Positions 29,957-41,682 of a DNA stretch of 59,268 bases are shown in pieces; position 1 is the first letter of the stretch, and every line of letters begins with the position of its first letter. The position numbers were made by a program, and so were the translations under genes. Below the pieces are notes generated by a model, which made no database searches, was not told the origin of the DNA, and saw only the letters and a list, made by a program, of their open reading frames with translations. This DNA is from an uncultured bacterium (lineage in GTDB: Bacteria > Electryoneota > Tariuqbacteria > Tariuqbacterales > Tariuqbacteraceae), in NCBI GenBank assembly GCA_964421875.1, contig CAYQZD010000001.1, forward strand, positions 3,935 through 63,202. Reading direction: 5' to 3'.

Positions 29957-32900
29957 TTAACCACCCCCGATTTCCTGCAGTTTCACCGGAGTAAGCGGGC
30001 TGCACCCGATAGCCTCTATCGCCCCTAAAGCCGCCTCCGCAGCGGATAATGTGGTGATTAGCGGCAGTCCCATCCGGTAAGCGGTCTCACCCACTATCCG
30101 CTCATCGTAATACGATTCCTCCCCTAAAGGCGTGTTTATCAGCAATTCTATTTTCCCGTTCTTCATCAAATCCACCACGTTGGGCCGCCCCTCGTTCACC
30201 TTGAAAACGAAGCCGGCTTTCACGCCCTGGCTGGTGAGGAATTCCTGAGTCCTCCTGGTGGCAGTCAGGCTGAATCCCAGCTTTATCAATCCTCGTGCCA
30301 GAGGCAGCATTCGCTCCTTGTCCCGCTGATTTACGGAGATGAAAACGTTACCGCCGGTCGGCAGATAGGTCCCTGCGGCGTAGAGCGCCTTGGAATAAGC
30401 GGCGCTGAAGGTGTCGGCAATCCCCATCACCTCCCCCGTGGAACGCATCTCCGGACCTAAGAAGGGATTTATCCCTTCGAACCGGCTGAAGGGAAACACC
30501 GCCTCTTTGACCGCGTAGCGTTCCGACGATAGGTTTTCCTGAATCCCCTGCTCCTTCAAGGAGCGCCCGATGATGCAACGCACCGCGACCTTGGTCCAAT
30601 CCACCCCGGTGGCTTTGGACACAAAGGGGATGGTGCGGGAAGCCCGGGGATTCACCTCCAAGACATACATCTGATTGTCCCGGAAAGCGAACTGCACATT
30701 CATCAATCCGATTACATTCAAAGACTCCCCCAGCTTGCGGGTGATTTCCGCCATCCGCTCCCGCTGCTTTCCGCTGAGTATAAACGGAGGCAGCACGCAG
30801 GCGCTGTCGCCGCTGTGGACTCCAGCCTCCTCGATGTGCTGCATCATCCCGCAGATAATGGTCTCCTTCCCGTCCGAGACGGCGTCCACATCGAACTCGA
30901 AGGCGTCTTCGATATATCTGTCAATCAGCACCGGATGCTCCGGCGTGACTTCCCCCGCCGATTCCCGCAGGTATTGCCGTAATCCTTCCCGGTTATACAC
31001 AATCTCCATCCCACGCCCCCCCAGCACGAAGCTGGGACGAACTAAAACCGGATAATCCACATCCTCCGCGATGTCCCCCGCTTCGTTATAGTTCTTGGCG
31101 ATGCCGTAAGCGGGATGGGGGATATTATGAGCGCGCATCAGCGTTCCGAACTTCTCTCTATCCTCAGCGTCGGCGATACGCTGAGGATTCGTCCCTAAAA
31201 CCTTGACCCCGTACCGTTCCAGCGCTTGAGCCACCTTCAACGGAGTCTGCCCCCCGAATTGAACCAATACTCCGTCCGGCTTCTCCCGAATACATATTTC
31301 AAGCACATCTTCCAGTGTGATGGGCTCAAAGTAGAGCCGGCTGGAAACGTCGAAGTCGGTGGAAACGGTTTCCGGGTTACAGTTGACCATAACGCTGGTA
31401 TAACCCTCCTCCCGCAACGCCAATGAAGCCTGGACACAGCAGTAATCGAACTCAATCCCCTGCCCGATGCGGTTAGGACCACTGCCGAGGATGATTATCC
31501 GGGGACTTTCCCCCGGCGAGACTTCGCTTTCGTCACATTCATAGGTGGAGTAATAATAGGGAGTATAAGCTTCAAACTCCCCGGCGCAAGTGTCCACCGC
31601 GAAATACGCGGGGCGGATGTAGTGGACTTCCCGTAAACGGCGGATAGTGTCCTCGTCGCTGTTGAAAATATGCGCCAGCTGCAGGTCGGAAAAGCCGTCC
31701 CGCTTCGCCCGCCGGATGATTTCCGGGCTGATTTCCCGCCTCAGAGTGGTTAAATCCCCAGCTCCTCGAGGCGCCGCCGCTCGCAGGCGCTTCTCCGTCT
31801 CCACTATCGACGCTATCTGTTCCAGAAACCAGGGATCGATGTGGGTGACTTTAAGAATCTCCTCCACGATCATTCCCAACTTCAGAGCGTGCCTGATGTA
31901 GAAAATATTCTCCGGCTTCGGCGTCGCTAATTTGCGGCGCACTACTTCCCGCCATTCACTCAGCAGGTGCGGCTCGACGAGGTCCGATGCGATTACATCC
32001 CGGCCGTCGGCGCCTAATCCCGCCCGCCCCTGTTCCAGACTCCGCAGCGCCTTCTGCAGCGCTTCGGGGAAAGTCCGTCCCAAAGCCATCACCTCTCCCA
32101 CGGATTTCATCTGGCTCCCCAGCGACTGTTTCACCGTGGGAAATTTATCGAAAGCCCAGCGGGGAATCTTCACCACCACATAATCCAGCGCCGGTTCGAA
32201 ACAAGCGGGAGTTTTCCGCGTTATGACATTGGGAATCTCATCCAAGCGGTAACCCACCGCCAGTTTAGCGGCGATGCGGGCGATGGGAAATCCTGTGGCT
32301 TTGGAAGCCAACGCGGAAGACCTACTCACCCGCGGATTCATCTCAATCACCACCATCCGCCCGCTCTCAGGATTAACCGCAAACTGGATATTGCTGCCTC
32401 CGGTATCCACCCCAACAGCCCGGATGATGGCGAAAGCCGCGTCCCGCATCCGCTGATACTCCTTGTCGGTCAAGGTCTGCTGCGGGGCGACCGTGATGGA
32501 ATCACCGGTGTGAATCCCCAGCGGGTCGAAATTCTCGATGGAACATATGACGGCGCATTGGTCGGCGCAGTCCCGCATCACCTCCAGCTCGAACTCCTTC
32601 CAGCCCATCAAAGCCTCCTCCACTAAAACTTCCCCCACCGGACTCCGGGACAAACCCCAGCGCACCCGCTCCTCGAACTCCTCCTTGTTGAAAACCACCG
32701 CGCCTCCCACACCGCCCAGGGTAAAGGAGGGGCGGATAATCACCGGCAGTCCGGTTCTATTCAACACCGCCTCCGCTTCCGCTAAAGATTTGGCGAACCC
32801 CCCTACGGGAATGTCGAGCCCGATATTCCCCATTGTCCGGTGAAATTCCCGACGGTCCTCCGCTAATTTTATCGCCCGCGCCGAAGCCCCCAACAAGCGG

Positions 32901-33238
32901 ACATCGTATCGTTCCAAAACTCCGTCAGCCTCTAAAGCCATCGCCAAATTTAACCCGGTCTGCCCCCCCATAGTGGGGAGGATAGAGTCCGGTCTTTCGC
33001 GCGCTATCACCCGCTCCACCATATCCGGTTCCAGCGCCTCTATATAGGTGGCGTCCGCCAGCGAGGGATCGGTCATAATCGTGGCGGGATTGCTGTTCAC
33101 CAAGATTACCCGCAAGCCCTCCTCCTTCAGCGACCGCACCGCCTGCGTGCCGGAATAATCGAACTCACAAGCCTGACCGATGACAATAGGCCCGCTGCCC
33201 AGCACCAATATCGACTTTATCTCATTATTCCTCGGCAT
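29957..33238 (-). CDS. carB: Carbamoyl-phosphate synthase large subunit
   Basis: [17 protein letters not shown], duplicated ATP-grasp halves, C-terminal MGS domain. Confidence 0.99.
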   Translation of the reverse strand: MPRNNEIKSILVLGSGPIVIGQACEFDYSGTQAVRSLKEEGLRVILVNSNPATIMTDPSLADATYIEALEPDMVERVIARERPDSILPTMGGQTGLNLAMALEADGVLERYDVRLLGASARAIKLAEDRREFHRTMGNIGLDIPVGGFAKSLAEAEAVLNRTGLPVIIRPSFTLGGVGGAVVFNKEEFEERVRWGLSRSPVGEVLVEEALMGWKEFELEVMRDCADQCAVICSIENFDPLGIHTGDSITVAPQQTLTDKEYQRMRDAAFAIIRAVGVDTGGSNIQFAVNPESGRMVVIEMNPRVSRSSALASKATGFPIARIAAKLAVGYRLDEIPNVITRKTPACFEPALDYVVVKIPRWAFDKFPTVKQSLGSQMKSVGEVMALGRTFPEALQKALRSLEQGRAGLGADGRDVIASDLVEPHLLSEWREVVRRKLATPKPENIFYIRHALKLGMIVEEILKVTHIDPWFLEQIASIVETEKRLRAAAPRGAGDLTTLRREISPEIIRRAKRDGFSDLQLAHIFNSDEDTIRRLREVHYIRPAYFAVDTCAGEFEAYTPYYYSTYECDESEVSPGESPRIIILGSGPNRIGQGIEFDYCCVQASLALREEGYTSVMVNCNPETVSTDFDVSSRLYFEPITLEDVLEICIREKPDGVLVQFGGQTPLKVAQALERYGVKVLGTNPQRIADAEDREKFGTLMRAHNIPHPAYGIAKNYNEAGDIAEDVDYPVLVRPSFVLGGRGMEIVYNREGLRQYLRESAGEVTPEHPVLIDRYIEDAFEFDVDAVSDGKETIICGMMQHIEEAGVHSGDSACVLPPFILSGKQRERMAEITRKLGESLNVIGLMNVQFAFRDNQMYVLEVNPRASRTIPFVSKATGVDWTKVAVRCIIGRSLKEQGIQENLSSERYAVKEAVFPFSRFEGINPFLGPEMRSTGEVMGIADTFSAAYSKALYAAGTYLPTGGNVFISVNQRDKERMLPLARGLIKLGFSLTATRRTQEFLTSQGVKAGFVFKVNEGRPNVVDLMKNGKIELLINTPLGEESYYDERIVGETAYRMGLPLITTLSAAEAALGAIEAIGCSPLTPVKLQEIGGG

Positions 33239-34361
33239 TTCGCATCTCCCGGATGAAGCGGTCGAAGTAATTCAAACTGTCGTGAGGTCCGGGGCTGGCT
33301 TCTGGATGGTACTGCAGAGAAAACACCGGTAATTCCCTGTGCTCCAGCCCCTCGACCGTCCCGTCATTGAGGTTGATATGTGTTACACGCCACTCTCCGT
33401 CCCCGCTTTGAGGGCGCACCGCAAAACCGTGATTCTGGCTGGTGATTTCGATAACTCCGTCGCTTTCCCGCCGCACCGGATGGTTCGACCCCCGGTGCCC
33501 GAAGGGCAGCTTGAAGGTCTCCAATCCCGCCGCTATCGACAGCAGTTGATGCCCCAGACAGATACCGAAAACCGGCAGTCTGCCCAGCAGATGTCTGATA
33601 GTATCCACCGCGTAAGAAACCGCCGCCGGATCGCCGGGACCGTTGGACAGCAAAACGCCGTTATGCCCGCCGTCAATAATAACCTCAGCGAAAGTACCCG
33701 CCGGATAAACGGTCACCCTGCAGCCCCGCAAAGCAAGTTCCCGCAAAATATTGCGCTTCACCCCGAAATCGAGCGCCGCCACCCTCAATCCCTCACCGGT
33801 GGAAAGCGGCGCGCTCCAGCGGTTGTCAAGCGTCGATGCGTCGATATCGTACGGGGATGCGCAGGTCACTTCCGAGGCCAAATCAGCGCCAACCATACTC
33901 GGCTGCTCCCGCACCATCTTTAAAGCTGCATCGCGGGGAGTATCCGTGGAAAACAGTCCGGCGCGCATCGCTCCCCGGTCCCGCAGATGGAGCGTTATCG
34001 CCCGAGTATTGGCGCAGGCGAGGACCGGAATGTCGTTCTGCTTCAGAAAGTCCGCCAATCCCCTTTCCGCCCGCCAGTTACTGAAGCGGAACGACAGACT
34101 ACGGATAACGGTTCCGGCCACATAGACTTTGTCAGACTCGTTGTCCTCGCAGTTCACACCGACGTTCCCGATGTGGGAAGCGGTGAACACCATAATCTGC
34201 CGATGGTATGAAGGATCGGTGAGGATTTCCTGGTAGCCGCTGTGGGAAGTGTTGAACACCCCTTCTCCAAACACCGGAACGGAGTTCAACAGCGCTTCGC
34301 CAGGAAAAAACGCCCCGTCCTCGAATAAAAGATACCCGCTTTTGTTTGTCCCTGCTGACAT
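33225..34361 (-). CDS. carA: Carbamoyl-phosphate synthase small subunit
   Basis: [38 protein letters not shown]. Confidence 0.98.
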   Translation of the reverse strand: MSAGTNKSGYLLFEDGAFFPGEALLNSVPVFGEGVFNTSHSGYQEILTDPSYHRQIMVFTASHIGNVGVNCEDNESDKVYVAGTVIRSLSFRFSNWRAERGLADFLKQNDIPVLACANTRAITLHLRDRGAMRAGLFSTDTPRDAALKMVREQPSMVGADLASEVTCASPYDIDASTLDNRWSAPLSTGEGLRVAALDFGVKRNILRELALRGCRVTVYPAGTFAEVIIDGGHNGVLLSNGPGDPAAVSYAVDTIRHLLGRLPVFGICLGHQLLSIAAGLETFKLPFGHRGSNHPVRRESDGVIEITSQNHGFAVRPQSGDGEWRVTHINLNDGTVEGLEHRELPVFSLQYHPEASPGPHDSLNYFDRFIREMRNAEE

Positions 34362-34506
34362 AAATCAAGTATTGTCCTTTACCACATATTATCGAGAGTA
34401 CCAATAAATGAGAGGGTCATTTCGCCGCAGCCGGAATCTCTCATGAAAAAAAAGACACTTTGCTAAAAAATATCATTAAATCGTTCAAAATCCCAAAATT
34501 CTTAAC

Positions 34507-34534
34507 AATATAACCACAATCCGGAAATAGTCAA
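34507..34534 (-). promoter_or_regulatory. Putative carAB promoter
   Basis: TTGACT-16-TATATT on the minus strand. Confidence 0.45.
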
Positions 34535-34750
34535 ATTATAAGGCGGGGGATTCAGCAGCACCGACTTGAAATACTGCGGTTCTAATGATGGCTCATATCG
34601 GCGGGATAAGTACAGCGCGGTAAGTGTCATAGTTGATAATATGGATAAAATGTCCTATATTTTATACAATTCGAGAGATTTATAAATTAATTTGAACAAA
34701 AGACTCCCGGCATTACTGAAGTAATTCGTCGGCATCCAAACAAAAATCCC

Positions 34751-34824
34751 GCCCCTGTAGCTCAGTAGGATAGAGCAGCGGTTTCCTAAACCGCGTGTCG
34801 GACGTTCGAATCGTCTCAGGGGCA
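34751..34824 (+). tRNA. tRNA-Arg(CCT), CCA not encoded
   Basis: Acceptor GCCCCTG/CAGGGGC, D-arm GCTC..GAGC, anticodon arm GCGGT-TTCCTAA-ACCGC, GTTCGAATC T-loop. Confidence 0.97.
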
Positions 34825-34835
34825 CACACTATGAC

Positions 34836-34861
34836 AAGCCCGCGTATGATTCGCGGGCTTT
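34836..34861 (+). terminator. Hairpin after the tRNA, likely terminator
   Basis: AAGCCCGCG-N7-CGCGGGCTTT. Confidence 0.6.
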
Positions 34862-35090
34862 CCCTCTCATATAATGTATATCCGGTGTGCTGAAATAATG
34901 TAAGAAAATCAAGATGAAAACTGAGATTGTGAAAAATTTTCTTAAAATTATTGATTTTTAGCAAATGTATCTTTACATTATATACTTAAATTACTATTGA
35001 ATCGCCGGCTTTCTCACATTATTCTTCAATGCCTGCGGTTCTCCCTGAAAACTCGCAACCGGCATCCGCCAATTTGGGAGCATAACTTCC

Positions 35091-38000
35091 ATGAAAATGA
35101 ATACGTTCTCCTTGGCGCTGATTCTAATCCTTATAACTTCCACCGTATGGGCCGGGACTCTCACCGGCAACCCCGCCTGCACTAAAGCCGATATCCACAT
35201 TGAACGTTCCGACCAGCGAGCCCTCGAAGTTGACTTCCGATTACCGGGCATATCCTCCGCCCCGGCCTCTTACAACGGGGAAAGCTTCGACCTGCTCTAC
35301 CTCGAAGGCGAAGGGAATACCGGCGATATCGGAGCCCCGGAACTACCCACCGTTACCCGCCTCTTCGCCATCCCTCATCAAGCGGGAGTGCGAATTGTAT
35401 CCTTCGAACCGCAGTACCGGACTTATCACGGTATAACACCCTACCCCCACCAAGAGTATGAATACGGTTCACCCAGGAATTCCGATTCCTGGATTTTCGA
35501 GGATAAGTACTATGGTGAAGGCGAATTCTACCCGGAGCGCTGGGTGGAAATCGGCGAACCGGCGATTATCCGTGACCTCCGACTCATACCTCTCACGGTG
35601 TTCCCCGTCCGAGTGAATCCCGCTACCGGAGAAGCTCGGGTTTTGACCGGTGTCAGAGTGGAGCTTGCCTTCGATGAAACTCCTTCCCCCAATGTCAAAA
35701 GCAGACAGTTCGAGGGGACGGTTCCCTCCTTCAACCGAATCTATCGCAATATGGTGTCGAACTATGATTACACCAATCCCAACGGAGTCGAAGCCAAAGG
35801 TTCGTTTCTAATAATATACCCCAATGTATCCGGTGTGGCTGGCATCCTCCAGCCCTACTATGAGTGGAAAATGCGCCTCGGTTACCGCACCGAGATGATT
35901 GAGGTTCCCAACAACGCCTCCTCCACCCAGGTGAAAAACATCATTCAGGACGCTTATAATAATTACGACCCGCCTCTGGAACACGTGGCGCTGGTGGGGG
36001 ACGCCAACGGCAGCGTCGCCATTGGCTGTTATATCTACAACACCGGAGGAACCGACCATAACTACTCCCTGCTGGAAGGGGACGATATTCTCCCGGAAAT
36101 CACCGTAGGCCGCCTCAGCGTGGGCAGCACCAACGATTTGCGGACCGTCATCAATAAAATTCTATATTATGAAAGAGAGCCCTCTCTAACCACAACCGAT
36201 TGGTATAAAAGCGGAGCCCTGATTGCAGGTAGCTCCGCCAGCGGATTGTCCACTATCCAGATTAACCGCTGGATAAAACTGCAGCTTATCGAATTGGGCT
36301 TCACCGAAATCGACAGTATGTGGTACACTATGGGCAGCTCCTCCACCATAAGAACATTTATGATAAATGAGATGAACGACGGAGTAAGCGTCTTTCACTT
36401 TCGCGGCTTGCAGGGGATGAACGGTTGGTCGCCCAGCAGTATCCTCCAGGTCCAGAATGCTTTAAAAATCCCCTTCGCCACCTGCCTCACCTGCGGAACC
36501 GGCTCCTTCAACCAAGGACTGGCGGCTTCCGAAGCCTTCTTCCGCGCCGGTACTCCAACTATCCCCAAAGGCGCTATCGGCGCGGTGGCCACATCCACAA
36601 CCCTTACCCACACCCGCTACAACAACTCTATGGATATGGGGATGTGGGCCGGACTCCTGGAATACGGCCTCACCCAGGCCGGTCCCGCAACCTTCAACGG
36701 AAAACTCGAGCTCTACCGCACCTACCAGCACGATTGGGCTACGGGCCACTGCTTCATCTACTGGAACAATCTGATGGGCGATCCCACCTCGGACATCTGG
36801 CTGGATGTGCCCCAACAAAATGTCGTTTCTCATCCCGACACCCTTCCGGTGGGAACCGGAGAGTTTACTGTTACAGTTACCGATTCCACCGGCAATCCCC
36901 TCCCCGGAAGATATATCAACCTGTGGAAAGGGGATGAAACCTACACCGGCGGATATACCGATGAAGACGGAGCAATCACCGCCCCGGTCAGCTTGACTTC
37001 TTCCGGAGAACTTCTGGTGACCGTAACCTGTCACAATGACTACCCCTATCTGGGCGAAACCATAGTAGTGGAATCCCCGCTGAATATAGGATTGAACAGT
37101 CTCAGCGTCATCGACGGCGGCACCCCTCAAACCCGGGGAAACAACGACAGCGAAGCAAATCCTTCTGAGCTCATAGAACTGGCGCTCTCCCTGAAAAACT
37201 ACGGCAGTTCCCGCACTGCCACCGGCGTTAGCGCCGTCATCTCCACTCACGACACCAGCGTATCGATTACATCCGCTTCCTCCAATTTTCAGGATATGGC
37301 TCCAGGCGAAGTAAAAACTCCCGATGGACAATTCATCGTCCAACTCGGGCCCACTTTCCGCCAGGGCTACCGCATCCCCTTCGCCGCTACCATCACCACC
37401 AACCAGGCGATCTTCAACGCCCGCTTCGATATTCGCGTGAGTTCGGGCGAAGCGGTGGTGGACAGCCTCACCATAACCGGCGGTTATTTCAATCCCGGCG
37501 ACACCGACAACCTGGTGCTTTTCGTCCACAACACCGGAGAATGGGACTTAAACAATGTGACCGGCGTGATTTCCATCGCCGATACTATGGTCACCATCAT
37601 CGACGAGGAAGCCGGTTTTGGAAATATCTCCGCCGGACAAACCGTCTCCAATCAATCGAATCCCTTCGTCGTTGCCGCCAATTCCTTCATCACTAACGGA
37701 CTGTCGGAAACCTTCACCCTCCGCCTCACAAGCTCCAACGGCCAGATTCAAGACCTCTATTTCAGCCTCACCGCAGGAACTGTCGATGATGACGACCCCT
37801 TCGGACCCGATTCCTACGGCTACTTCTGTATCGACGACGCCGACGAACTCTATACGTTCCACCCAATCTGTGATTGGACTGAAATCTCCGGCATAGGAAC
37901 CCCTTTAAACCTGCCTGATACCGGCGGAGACAACGATAAATCTATAGTGATAACTCTCCCCTTCAGTTTCCGCTTTTACGGCGAAAACCATCAAGCCCTC

Positions 38001-39200
38001 ACCGTATGCTCCAACGGCTGGATGGCTTTCGGCAGTTGGGCGCTTATCACCGAGTTCCGCAACCAAACCATACCCTGCTCCTTCGGACCGCCCTCCGGGA
38101 TGGTCATTCCCTACTGGGATAACCTGAAAACTCAGGGCGGAAATATGGGGGTTTACCAGTATTACGACCAGCCGGGACATCGTTTCATAATCGAATATTA
38201 CAACTGTCCCCACACTTCCAGCTCCAGTGGGACTCAGACCTTTCAAGTTATTTTCTACGACCAGGCCTACCATCCCACCCGCACCGGCGACGGAGAAATC
38301 GTCTTTCAGTACCAGACCTTCCACGCTGTGGTCGGTCCCTCGACTGACCACGCCTACTGGACCACCGGGATAATGAATCCCGGCCACACCGACGGCTTGG
38401 AATACGCCTTCTGGAACCGTTATCACCCCGGAGCGGCGCCGCTGCAATCCGGTATTCCCACAAGCTCTGGTAGAGCAGTTAAGTTCACTACCAACATCCC
38501 CATCAGAGGCCCCCGCCCCCTGACAATCGACATCGAGCCGATTTCACCCCCCATTGTGATTCCGCCGCAGGGTGGCAGCTTCCGCTACACCGCGTTTGTA
38601 GCGGACACAGGCTCTTACATCATTGACTTCGACGCCTGGGTGCACGCAACCCTCCCCAACGGACTCCAGTTTGGGCCCCTGCTGGTCAGGGTTGGCAACC
38701 GGATAGAGCCGGGTATGTCCTTCACGCGCACTGTCACGCAATATATCCCCGGACAGGCGGGACCGGGCAATTACTTAATCAACGCCTTCCTGGGAGACTA
38801 CAACACCCGCGAGGTCTGGACTACCGACAGCCTCCCCTTCAGCAAGTCCGGCTCCGATCCCGGTTTCTACGGCGAATGGAAGACTTTCGGCTGGGACGGA
38901 GAAATTCCCAAAGCGGGAATCGAACCAAGTCTCCCGCTGGAGTTTTCCCTGCTGCCCCCCAGTCCTAATCCCTTCAATCCCGCTGCCGCGCTCTGCTTCC
39001 GGCTTCCGGTCGCAAGCCCGGTGAAAATCGCAGTATATGATGTTAACGGACGCGAAGCCGCGCTGCTAACGGAGGGATTCTTCCCGGCGGGAAGTCATCA
39101 GGTCGAATGGAACGCTGCCGGCAATCCCAGCGGGGTTTACTTTGCCATTATGAACGCTGGCGATTTCAAGCAGGTGCGGAAGCTATTATTGTTGAAATAA
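35091..39200 (+). CDS. Large secreted C25 (gingipain-like) family protein with propeptide, Ig-like domains and T9SS-type CTD
   Basis: GAPELP propeptide, EWKMRLGY, ALVGD, DHNYSLLEGDD.LPE..VGRLS, NLMGDP; tail PSPNPFNP...KLLLLK. Confidence 0.9.
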   Translation: MKMNTFSLALILILITSTVWAGTLTGNPACTKADIHIERSDQRALEVDFRLPGISSAPASYNGESFDLLYLEGEGNTGDIGAPELPTVTRLFAIPHQAGVRIVSFEPQYRTYHGITPYPHQEYEYGSPRNSDSWIFEDKYYGEGEFYPERWVEIGEPAIIRDLRLIPLTVFPVRVNPATGEARVLTGVRVELAFDETPSPNVKSRQFEGTVPSFNRIYRNMVSNYDYTNPNGVEAKGSFLIIYPNVSGVAGILQPYYEWKMRLGYRTEMIEVPNNASSTQVKNIIQDAYNNYDPPLEHVALVGDANGSVAIGCYIYNTGGTDHNYSLLEGDDILPEITVGRLSVGSTNDLRTVINKILYYEREPSLTTTDWYKSGALIAGSSASGLSTIQINRWIKLQLIELGFTEIDSMWYTMGSSSTIRTFMINEMNDGVSVFHFRGLQGMNGWSPSSILQVQNALKIPFATCLTCGTGSFNQGLAASEAFFRAGTPTIPKGAIGAVATSTTLTHTRYNNSMDMGMWAGLLEYGLTQAGPATFNGKLELYRTYQHDWATGHCFIYWNNLMGDPTSDIWLDVPQQNVVSHPDTLPVGTGEFTVTVTDSTGNPLPGRYINLWKGDETYTGGYTDEDGAITAPVSLTSSGELLVTVTCHNDYPYLGETIVVESPLNIGLNSLSVIDGGTPQTRGNNDSEANPSELIELALSLKNYGSSRTATGVSAVISTHDTSVSITSASSNFQDMAPGEVKTPDGQFIVQLGPTFRQGYRIPFAATITTNQAIFNARFDIRVSSGEAVVDSLTITGGYFNPGDTDNLVLFVHNTGEWDLNNVTGVISIADTMVTIIDEEAGFGNISAGQTVSNQSNPFVVAANSFITNGLSETFTLRLTSSNGQIQDLYFSLTAGTVDDDDPFGPDSYGYFCIDDADELYTFHPICDWTEISGIGTPLNLPDTGGDNDKSIVITLPFSFRFYGENHQALTVCSNGWMAFGSWALITEFRNQTIPCSFGPPSGMVIPYWDNLKTQGGNMGVYQYYDQPGHRFIIEYYNCPHTSSSSGTQTFQVIFYDQAYHPTRTGDGEIVFQYQTFHAVVGPSTDHAYWTTGIMNPGHTDGLEYAFWNRYHPGAAPLQSGIPTSSGRAVKFTTNIPIRGPRPLTIDIEPISPPIVIPPQGGSFRYTAFVADTGSYIIDFDAWVHATLPNGLQFGPLLVRVGNRIEPGMSFTRTVTQYIPGQAGPGNYLINAFLGDYNTREVWTTDSLPFSKSGSDPGFYGEWKTFGWDGEIPKAGIEPSLPLEFSLLPPSPNPFNPAAALCFRLPVASPVKIAVYDVNGREAALLTEGFFPAGSHQVEWNAAGNPSGVYFAIMNAGDFKQVRKLLLLK

Positions 39201-39279
39201 ATTGCTGATGCTTTAAGAAATTTTGAGGGCGCTGTGATTCGACCGATTCGCAGCGCCTTTTCTATCTCTGAAAAAGTAT

Positions 39280-40545
39280 ATGCTATTCTACGATACACTT
39301 TCACTCCTTCGCCGCTCTTCCGCGGCAAGGCTGATGCTGACCTACGGCGCTTTCACCGGCTCCATCTACACTCTTTCTATGTTCGGAGAGGTCATTGCCC
39401 GCAAGTCCCTGGGCGCCTCGACCCTGCAGGTCACACTGCTCTCGATGGTAATGCCCGTGACCAGTCTCACCTCCATCTGGTGGGGCTCTGCGATGGCCGG
39501 CCGCGACCAACGCCCGTTACTCTGGTTTACCGGGATAGGGGGCGCTGTGGCCCTGGGCTCAGGAATCTTCCTGGAAACCTACAACCACCTCCTGCTTATC
39601 TACGTCCTGTTCAATCTCACCTTCGTTCTGCAGCGAACCGCTCAGAACCGGGTGTTCCAGCAGCACATCCCTCCGGCGAAAACCGGCGGACTGTTCGGCC
39701 TCACTCACGGCGTCAGAATGCTGCTGGGCGCGGTAATCGCCGCCGCGGCGGGGTGGTGGCTGGAAACGGCTGACAAGGGGTGGCAGCAGCTTCTGCTTTT
39801 CATGGCAATAATCTGCTTCTTAGCCGTCGCCGCCATCGCCTCGATTCCCACCGCAGACTGCAAAGGGTGCGACACACCCTCGAAGACCTTCCGATTAACG
39901 GGACCTTTGAAGAACATCTACCTCCTGCTAAAGCGCCGCCCCGACTACCTCCGCTTTGAAGCCGCCTTTATGATTTACGGCGTCGCCTTCATGATGACCC
40001 TTCCCGTAGCGCCGGTCTATCTCGTGGACGACCTTGCACTGGGATACGAGGAAATCGGAATTGCCCGCGGGACCGTGAGCCAGTTGGTGATGATTGGCGC
40101 CATCCCCCTATTCGGGAGACTTTTCGACCGCACCACTCCCCATCGTATGGCTGCCGCCGCATACGCAGTATTGGCGCTCTATCCCCTGGCGCTGATTTCC
40201 GCCAGCGTTTTCTCCGGAACCGCCAGGTTCGTTCTGGTGATAATCGCTTATCTCATCTTTGGAGCGGCGATGAGCGGAGTGATGATTCTCTGGAACCTGG
40301 CTTCCCTCCGCTTCACCGGAAAAGGTGAAGACGCCGGAGTTTACCAGTCAGTGCATGTAGCGGCCACCGGCGTCAGGGGACTCTTCGCCCCCTTCCTGGG
40401 ATTCGCGGTGATGGAGTTGGTGGGACGGGAAGCCGCGCTGGTAGCATCCTCAGGGTTATGGCTGATAGCTTCGATAGCTATGGTCGGAGTTAGATGGTGG
40501 GACCACCGCGCCGGAGAAAATCTGTCTCTGCGCGTTCAGGAATAA
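39280..40545 (+). CDS. MFS transporter
   Basis: About 12 TM helices in two halves, FGRLFDR motif-A-like. Confidence 0.85.
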   Translation: MLFYDTLSLLRRSSAARLMLTYGAFTGSIYTLSMFGEVIARKSLGASTLQVTLLSMVMPVTSLTSIWWGSAMAGRDQRPLLWFTGIGGAVALGSGIFLETYNHLLLIYVLFNLTFVLQRTAQNRVFQQHIPPAKTGGLFGLTHGVRMLLGAVIAAAAGWWLETADKGWQQLLLFMAIICFLAVAAIASIPTADCKGCDTPSKTFRLTGPLKNIYLLLKRRPDYLRFEAAFMIYGVAFMMTLPVAPVYLVDDLALGYEEIGIARGTVSQLVMIGAIPLFGRLFDRTTPHRMAAAAYAVLALYPLALISASVFSGTARFVLVIIAYLIFGAAMSGVMILWNLASLRFTGKGEDAGVYQSVHVAATGVRGLFAPFLGFAVMELVGREAALVASSGLWLIASIAMVGVRWWDHRAGENLSLRVQE

Positions 40546-40622
40546 AGGGAATATGATACTTGGACAGATAATTGAAGGAGTGTATCAGAATAGACTTTTG
40601 ATTGTCGGCGGAATTTCCGCCC

Positions 40623-41678
40623 TCAGCAAATCCGCGGGAGTTGCTCGCCGCTGGGCATATCCACTATTCGAGGACTGCCGATTTCGCTCATCATAGTCAC
40701 CAGTCCCGGTGAACCGGCGCGCGCAGTTCCGATAACCGCGCTTCCCCCGCCCAGAGGATGCGCCCGCATCAACTCCAAAGCCCTTCCCGCATCCTGCTCC
40801 CTCACAAAGCAGACAAACCTGCCCTCATTAGCGATATACAGAGGGTCTAAACCTAAAATTTCGCAGGCTCCGCGCACACCCTCACTCACCGGAATCGCAG
40901 ATTCCTCAACGTGAATCTCGAAATTCCCCGACTCCGCGATTTCCACCAGAGCGCTGCCCAGTCCGCCCCGTGTGAGGTCCCGCAGGCAGTGAATCTCGAC
41001 TCCGCTGTCGAGAAGAAACATCACCAATTCAGACAGAGGAGCGCAATCGCTCTCAACCGCGCTCTCAAAACTTAAACCCTCTCGCTCCGACATAACCGCA
41101 ATACCATGCCGGCCGATATCACCGCTTATGAGCGCCGCGTCGCCGGGTTTTATCCTGCCCGGCGAAAGCTCGCCCTCAACTGTAACCAGCCCCACTCCGG
41201 CGGTGTTGATATAGACTCCGTCACCTTTACCCCGGTCCACCACCTTGGTATCGCCGGTGATAACCTTGACGCCGGCAGCTTCCGCCGCCCCCCGCATCGA
41301 CTGCGCTACCCGCCACAGCGTCTCCAGCGGAAATCCCTCCTCCAGGATGAATCCCGCCGACAAATATAGCGGTTTCGCCCCGCACATCGCCAGGTCGTTG
41401 ACCGTCCCGTTTACCGCTAAAGTCCCGATGTCCCCGCCGGGAAAAAACAGAGGGCGCACCACGTATGAATCGGTGGTGAAAGCCAGTCTGCCCGATTCCA
41501 CCGAAAACACCGTCCCATCCCCCAGCTGATTCAACATTGGATTCCCGTAAGCGGCGGAAAAAATCTCCTCGACTAAACGCCGCATCTGACTCCCACCGCC
41601 CCCGTGCGCCAAGGTCACATAGGATTGACCGGATAAGGGCAGGGGACAACTTGGAGTGAAATCGCTTTTGTCCTTCAT
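40623..41678 (-). CDS. hypE: Hydrogenase maturation protein HypE
   Basis: [33 protein letters not shown], terminal PRIC; ATG 41678. Confidence 0.98.
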   Translation of the reverse strand: MKDKSDFTPSCPLPLSGQSYVTLAHGGGGSQMRRLVEEIFSAAYGNPMLNQLGDGTVFSVESGRLAFTTDSYVVRPLFFPGGDIGTLAVNGTVNDLAMCGAKPLYLSAGFILEEGFPLETLWRVAQSMRGAAEAAGVKVITGDTKVVDRGKGDGVYINTAGVGLVTVEGELSPGRIKPGDAALISGDIGRHGIAVMSEREGLSFESAVESDCAPLSELVMFLLDSGVEIHCLRDLTRGGLGSALVEIAESGNFEIHVEESAIPVSEGVRGACEILGLDPLYIANEGRFVCFVREQDAGRALELMRAHPLGGGSAVIGTARAGSPGLVTMMSEIGSPRIVDMPSGEQLPRIC

Positions 41679-41682
41679 AGTC

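Noticed and set aside
34751-34824. tRNA-Arg as the attachment site of a downstream island
   Set aside because: No integrase and no duplicated tRNA 3' end seen in the window
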